58,057 nucleotides of DNA from Propionibacteriales bacterium (GTDB lineage: Bacteria > Actinomycetota > Actinomycetes > Propionibacteriales > Nocardioidaceae). The notes under the pieces were generated by a model, which saw only the letters and a program-made list of their open reading frames with translations, made no database searches and had not been told where the DNA came from. Positions within the stretch are counted from its first letter, which is position 1; every line of letters starts with the position of its first letter. Below are positions 53,811-58,057 of this stretch, piece by piece. Made by a program: the position numbers and the translations under genes. The stretch lies in contig JBBQRV010000001.1 of NCBI GenBank assembly GCA_038214475.1, forward strand, positions 1-58,057. Direction: 5' to 3'.

Positions 53811-54185
53811 GTGAGATTCGTGACCTGGCTCCTGACCAACGCCGCCGCGGTCGCCGTGGCCGCCTGGCTGCTCGGCGGCATCCGGTTCGACGGCGCCGAC
53901 TGGCAGGCCAAGCTCGTGCCCCTCATCGTGGTGTCGCTGATCCTCGGCCTGGTCAGCATGTTCGTCGAACCGGTGGTGAAGTTCTTCTCGCTGCCCTTCA
54001 TCATCCTGACCATCGGGTTGTTCCTGCTGGTCATCAATGCGCTGATGCTCCTGCTCACCGAGTGGATCGCCCGGCAGTTCGACATCGGCTTCCACGTCAA
54101 CGGTTTCTGGACGGCCGTGGTGGGGGCCCTGATCATCACCCTGGTCACCGGCTTCATCAACGTCGTGGTGCTCGAGGACGACTGA
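53811..54185 (+). CDS. 4-TM membrane protein (DUF360/YvlD, holin superfamily IV-like)
   Basis: PVVKFFSLPFIILTIGLFLLVINALML, GFWTAVVGALII. Confidence 0.88.
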   Translation: MRFVTWLLTNAAAVAVAAWLLGGIRFDGADWQAKLVPLIVVSLILGLVSMFVEPVVKFFSLPFIILTIGLFLLVINALMLLLTEWIARQFDIGFHVNGFWTAVVGALIITLVTGFINVVVLEDD

Positions 54186-54673
54186 TGGACCTGCCGGCGC
54201 AGCACTCCGCGGGGCCCTACCGGGTCGCCGTGGTCTGCCTCGGCAACATCTGCCGCTCGCCGATGGCGCACGTGGTGCTCGACGAGCGGCTCCGGCGCGC
54301 GGGCCGGGGCGCCGGGGTGGGGGTCGACAGCGCCGGGACGGGCGGCTGGCACGTGGGCGGCCCGTGGGACACCCGGGCCGCCGCCACCCTCGAGGCCCGT
54401 GGCTACGACCCGAGCGGGCACCGGGCGGCGCAGTTCACGCCCGGTCACTCCGGGGAGCACGACCTGGTGCTGGCGATGGACTCCGACAACCGCGCCGACC
54501 TGCAGAGCATGGGGGTCGGCCCGGCCCTGCGCCTGTTCCGTGACTTCGACCCCGAGGGCCCCGGCGACGTGCCCGACCCCTACTACGGGGGCGAGGACGG
54601 GTTCGCGTCGGTGCTGGACATGGTCGAACGCACCAGCGACTCGCTGGTCCGGCTGCTGCAGGGGCAGGCGTGA
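54185..54673 (+). CDS. ptpA: Low-molecular-weight protein-tyrosine phosphatase
   Basis: VCLGNICRSPMA, DSAGT, DLVLAMD, VPDPYYG; TGATG coupling. Confidence 0.9.
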   Translation: MDLPAQHSAGPYRVAVVCLGNICRSPMAHVVLDERLRRAGRGAGVGVDSAGTGGWHVGGPWDTRAAATLEARGYDPSGHRAAQFTPGHSGEHDLVLAMDSDNRADLQSMGVGPALRLFRDFDPEGPGDVPDPYYGGEDGFASVLDMVERTSDSLVRLLQGQA

Positions 54674-55530
54674 CCAGGCAGCCGGCCCTCGCCCGGCGGG
54701 CAGAGGAGCTGGTCGGCTCGTCGGTGATCGCCACCTCGCCTGTCGCCGGAGGCGACATCTGCACCGCCAACCGGCTCCGCCTCAACGACGGCCGGATGGT
54801 GTTGATGAAGACCCATCCGCACGCACCCGACGGGTTCTTCGAGGCCGAGGCACGCGGCCTCGACTGGCTGCGCGTCGCCGGGGGGGCGCCGGTTCCCGAG
54901 GTGATCGCGGTCGACCGCGACTGCCTGATCCTCCCCTGGGTCGAGCCGGGCAAGGTGCATGCCGAGTCGGCCGCCGCCTTCGGAGCGGGGCTGGCCCGCA
55001 CCCACGCCGACGCGCCCGCGGCGTACGGCCTCGAGGCCGACGGCTTCATCGGCCGGCTCCCGATGCCCAACGCCACCGCCCCCACCTGGGCGGAGTTCTA
55101 CGCGACCCGCCGGGTGCTGCCCTACCTCAAGCTGGCCACCGACCGTGGCCACCTGACCCGCGGAGAGGCGGCCACCGTGGACTCCGTGGTGGGACGGCTC
55201 ACCGACCTGCTCCCGGAGGAGGGCCCGGCCCGCCTGCACGGCGACCTGTGGAACGGCAACGTGCTGTGGGGTGCCGACGGTCAGGTCTGGCTGATCGACC
55301 CGGCGACGTACGGCGGGCACCGCGAGGTCGACCTGGCCATGCTCGCGCTGTTCGGGCTGGCCAACCTGCCCCGCGTGCTGGAGGCCTACCAGGAGGTCGC
55401 GCCGCTGACCGACGGCTGGGAGGACCGGGTGGGGCTGCACCAGCTCTTCCCGCTGCTGGTGCACGCGGCGATGTTCGGCGGTTCCTACGGGCCCCGGGCC
55501 GCCGCCGTCGCCGCCCGTTACGTCGGCTGA
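54670..55530 (+). CDS. Fructosamine-3-kinase family protein
   Basis: FEAEARGLDWL, LHGDLWNGN, LIDPATYGGHREVDLAML. Confidence 0.92.
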   Translation: MTRQPALARRAEELVGSSVIATSPVAGGDICTANRLRLNDGRMVLMKTHPHAPDGFFEAEARGLDWLRVAGGAPVPEVIAVDRDCLILPWVEPGKVHAESAAAFGAGLARTHADAPAAYGLEADGFIGRLPMPNATAPTWAEFYATRRVLPYLKLATDRGHLTRGEAATVDSVVGRLTDLLPEEGPARLHGDLWNGNVLWGADGQVWLIDPATYGGHREVDLAMLALFGLANLPRVLEAYQEVAPLTDGWEDRVGLHQLFPLLVHAAMFGGSYGPRAAAVAARYVG

Positions 55531-55542
55531 CCCGCGCCCGAT

Positions 55543-55575
55543 TCTCAGCGGCGCTTCAGGCGCAACTGGCACAGT
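55543..55575 (+). promoter_or_regulatory. MprA box and -10 of the mprAB promoter
   Basis: TCTCAG-N5-CTTCAG (55543-55559) matches the MprA hexamer direct repeat; CACAGT 6 nt before GTG. Confidence 0.65.
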
Positions 55576-55581
55576 GGCAGC

Positions 55582-56288
<707 letters not shown>

Positions 56289-56292
<4 letters not shown>

Positions 56293-57668
56293 GCCTCCCG
56301 GTCTGGGACACCCGGTGGCACTACCGCCGCTCCCTCGCCAGCCGGGTCACCCTGTTGACCACGATCGCGGTGGGCATGGCGGTGGCCTTCGTGGCGCTGG
56401 GCGCCTACGTCACCGCCCGGGTGCAGATGCAGCAGAGCCTCGACGAGTCGCTGCTCAACCGCGCGCACGTGGCCGCGGAGCAGAGCGTCTACCGGATCTT
56501 CACCACGACCGGGCAGCAGTTCAACGCGGCGGCGCTGAGCGCCGGCGACGTACGGATGACCTACATGGACAGGCTCGGCCGGGTGGAGTCGTTCGGTCCG
56601 GCGCCGCAGCTGGTGCCGAGCCGCGCCGACGTCGCGGTCCTCCAGCGTCGCTCGCCGCAGTCGGCGCGCACGGTGGTGGTGGACGATGTGCACTACCGGG
56701 TCGTCACGGTGCCCACCGCCCAGGACGGCGCCCTGATGCTCGGGCAGTCGCTGGACGCCCAGGAGTCGGTGCTCGAGAAGCTCGGCATCGTGATGCTGCT
56801 CTTCGGCCTGGCCGGCGTGATCGCTGCCGGGCTGGCCGGCTGGGCGGTGGCCCGCAACGGGCTGCGGCCGGTACGACGGCTGGCCGACGAGGTCGAGGAG
56901 ATCGCCCGCACCGAGCAGCTCGCCCCCCTGCCCGTCGAGGGCGACGACGAGGTGGCCCGCCTGGCCACCGCCTTCAACTCCCTGGTCGCCAGCGTGGCCG
57001 GCTCACGCAGCCGCCAGCGCCAGCTGGTGGCCGATGCGGGCCACGAGCTGCGCACCCCGCTGACCTCCCTGCGCACCAACCTCGACCTGCTCTCCCAGGC
57101 CGACGGCTCGGGCGGGCTCCCGGCCGAGGCCCGCACCGAGCTGCTCGACGACGTCCGCGCCCAGATCGAGGAGCTCACCACCCTGATCGGGGACCTGATC
57201 GAGCTGGCGCGCGAAGAACCGGCGCCCACCGTCGTCGAGGAGGTGGACCTCGCCGAGGTGGTGGAACGAGCCCTGGCCCGGGTCCGGCTGCGGGCGCCGT
57301 CGATCGAGTTCGAGACCCGGGTGCACCGCTGGCTGCTCGACGGCGAGGCGCTCCAGCTGGAGCGCGCGGTGACGAGCCTGCTCGACCACGCCGCCAAGTG
57401 GAGTCCGCCGGGCGGCCGGGTGACGGTGCGGCTCAGCGACGGGGTGCTCTCGGTGGCCGACCAGGGCCCGGGCATCTCGGAGCAGGACCTTCCGCACGTG
57501 TTCGACCGGTTCTACCGCTCCACCGAGTCGCGCGCGATGCCCGGCTCCGGTCTGGGCCTGTCGATCGTGCGCCAGGTGGCCGAGCGGCACGGGGGCACCA
57601 CCAACGCCGCCACCGGCCCCGGCGGCGGCGCCCTCATCACCGTGCTGCTGCCGGGGCGCGGCGGCTGA
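56289..57668 (+). CDS. mprB: Sensor histidine kinase MprB (atypical N-box)
   Basis: ATGA overlap; two TM plus HAMP; [17 protein letters not shown]; DQGPG, FDRFYR, GSGLGL. Confidence 0.88.
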
Positions 57669-57677
57669 GCGACAATC

Positions 57678-57694
57678 CTTCCGCCCACCGGAAG
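57678..57694. promoter_or_regulatory. Palindrome CTTCCG-N5-CGGAAG, IclR-type operator candidate
   Basis: Located upstream of an IclR gene; geometry typical of IclR sites. Confidence 0.5.
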
Positions 57695-57785
57695 TCGGGT
57701 TCCGCGACGGGCGGGCCAGGCGTGATGGTCGTCACGTCTCCCACACACGAGAGGACGGGTGCACATGACGAGCGGGAGGACCAGC

Positions 57786-58057
57786 GTGGCCGAACCGCGG
57801 AGCACCGTGTCAGCGCGACTGCTCGCGCTGCTGGACGTGTTCACCCCCCGGCACAGCCACCTGTCGCTGAGCGAGATCAGCCGGCTCGCGGACATGCCGC
57901 TGAGCACCGCGCACCGACTGGTCGGGGAGCTCACCGACTGGGGTGCGCTGGTGCGGGGGGCCGACGGGCGCTACCGGATCGGACTGAAGCTCTACGAGCT
58001 GGGATCGCTGGCGCCGCAGGGCCTCCCGCTGCGCGAGGTCGCCCTGCCGCTGATGGA
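57786..58057 (+). CDS. IclR-family transcriptional regulator (3' partial; not in the ORF track)
   Basis: GGGAGGA RBS. Translation (M)AEPRSTVSARLLALLDVF..LSLSEISRLADMPLSTAHRLVGELTDWGAL..GRYRIGLKLYELG. Alternative ATG at 57765. Confidence 0.9.
   Translation, partial: MAEPRSTVSARLLALLDVFTPRHSHLSLSEISRLADMPLSTAHRLVGELTDWGALVRGADGRYRIGLKLYELGSLAPQGLPLREVALPLM

Noticed and set aside
53811-54185. Prophage suggested by a holin-family gene
   Set aside because: This family is a common chromosomal membrane protein; no phage genes nearby.

Overview
Very GC-rich actinobacterial chromosomal segment (gene content and order suggest a Nocardioides-like organism; inference). It has about 65 CDS, one tRNA-Gly(CCC), a yybP-ykoY (Mn2+) riboswitch upstream of a TMEM165/GDT1 exporter, and a probable 6C RNA. 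I saw no integrase, transposase, phage structural gene or CRISPR array. Housekeeping content includes dcd, a FadE5-type acyl-CoA dehydrogenase, a 2-oxoacid dehydrogenase E1a/E1b/E2 operon, a hisC/pat aminotransferase, a scy/filP-like coiled-coil pair and mprAB with an MprA box. Best candidates for under-described biology: (1) a divergent sulfane-sulfur operon under a CsoR/CstR-type repressor (20113-26213) that ends in an MMPL transporter and a 55-aa Cys/His microprotein missing from the ORF track; (2) a four-gene PIG-L / NodS-methyltransferase / ACAD-like / GT2 cassette bounded by a 19/20-bp direct repeat copying the 3' end of the upstream gene; (3) a degenerate ECF-sigma-TM-PASTA fusion; (4) a tail with six SLFD motifs on an Fe-S oxidoreductase; (5) a secreted C39-like peptidase coupled to a lipoprotein next to the tRNA. 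Several start codons were moved from the ORF track using RBS, leaderless -10 or overlap evidence. All family calls come from motif recognition by eye, not database searches.
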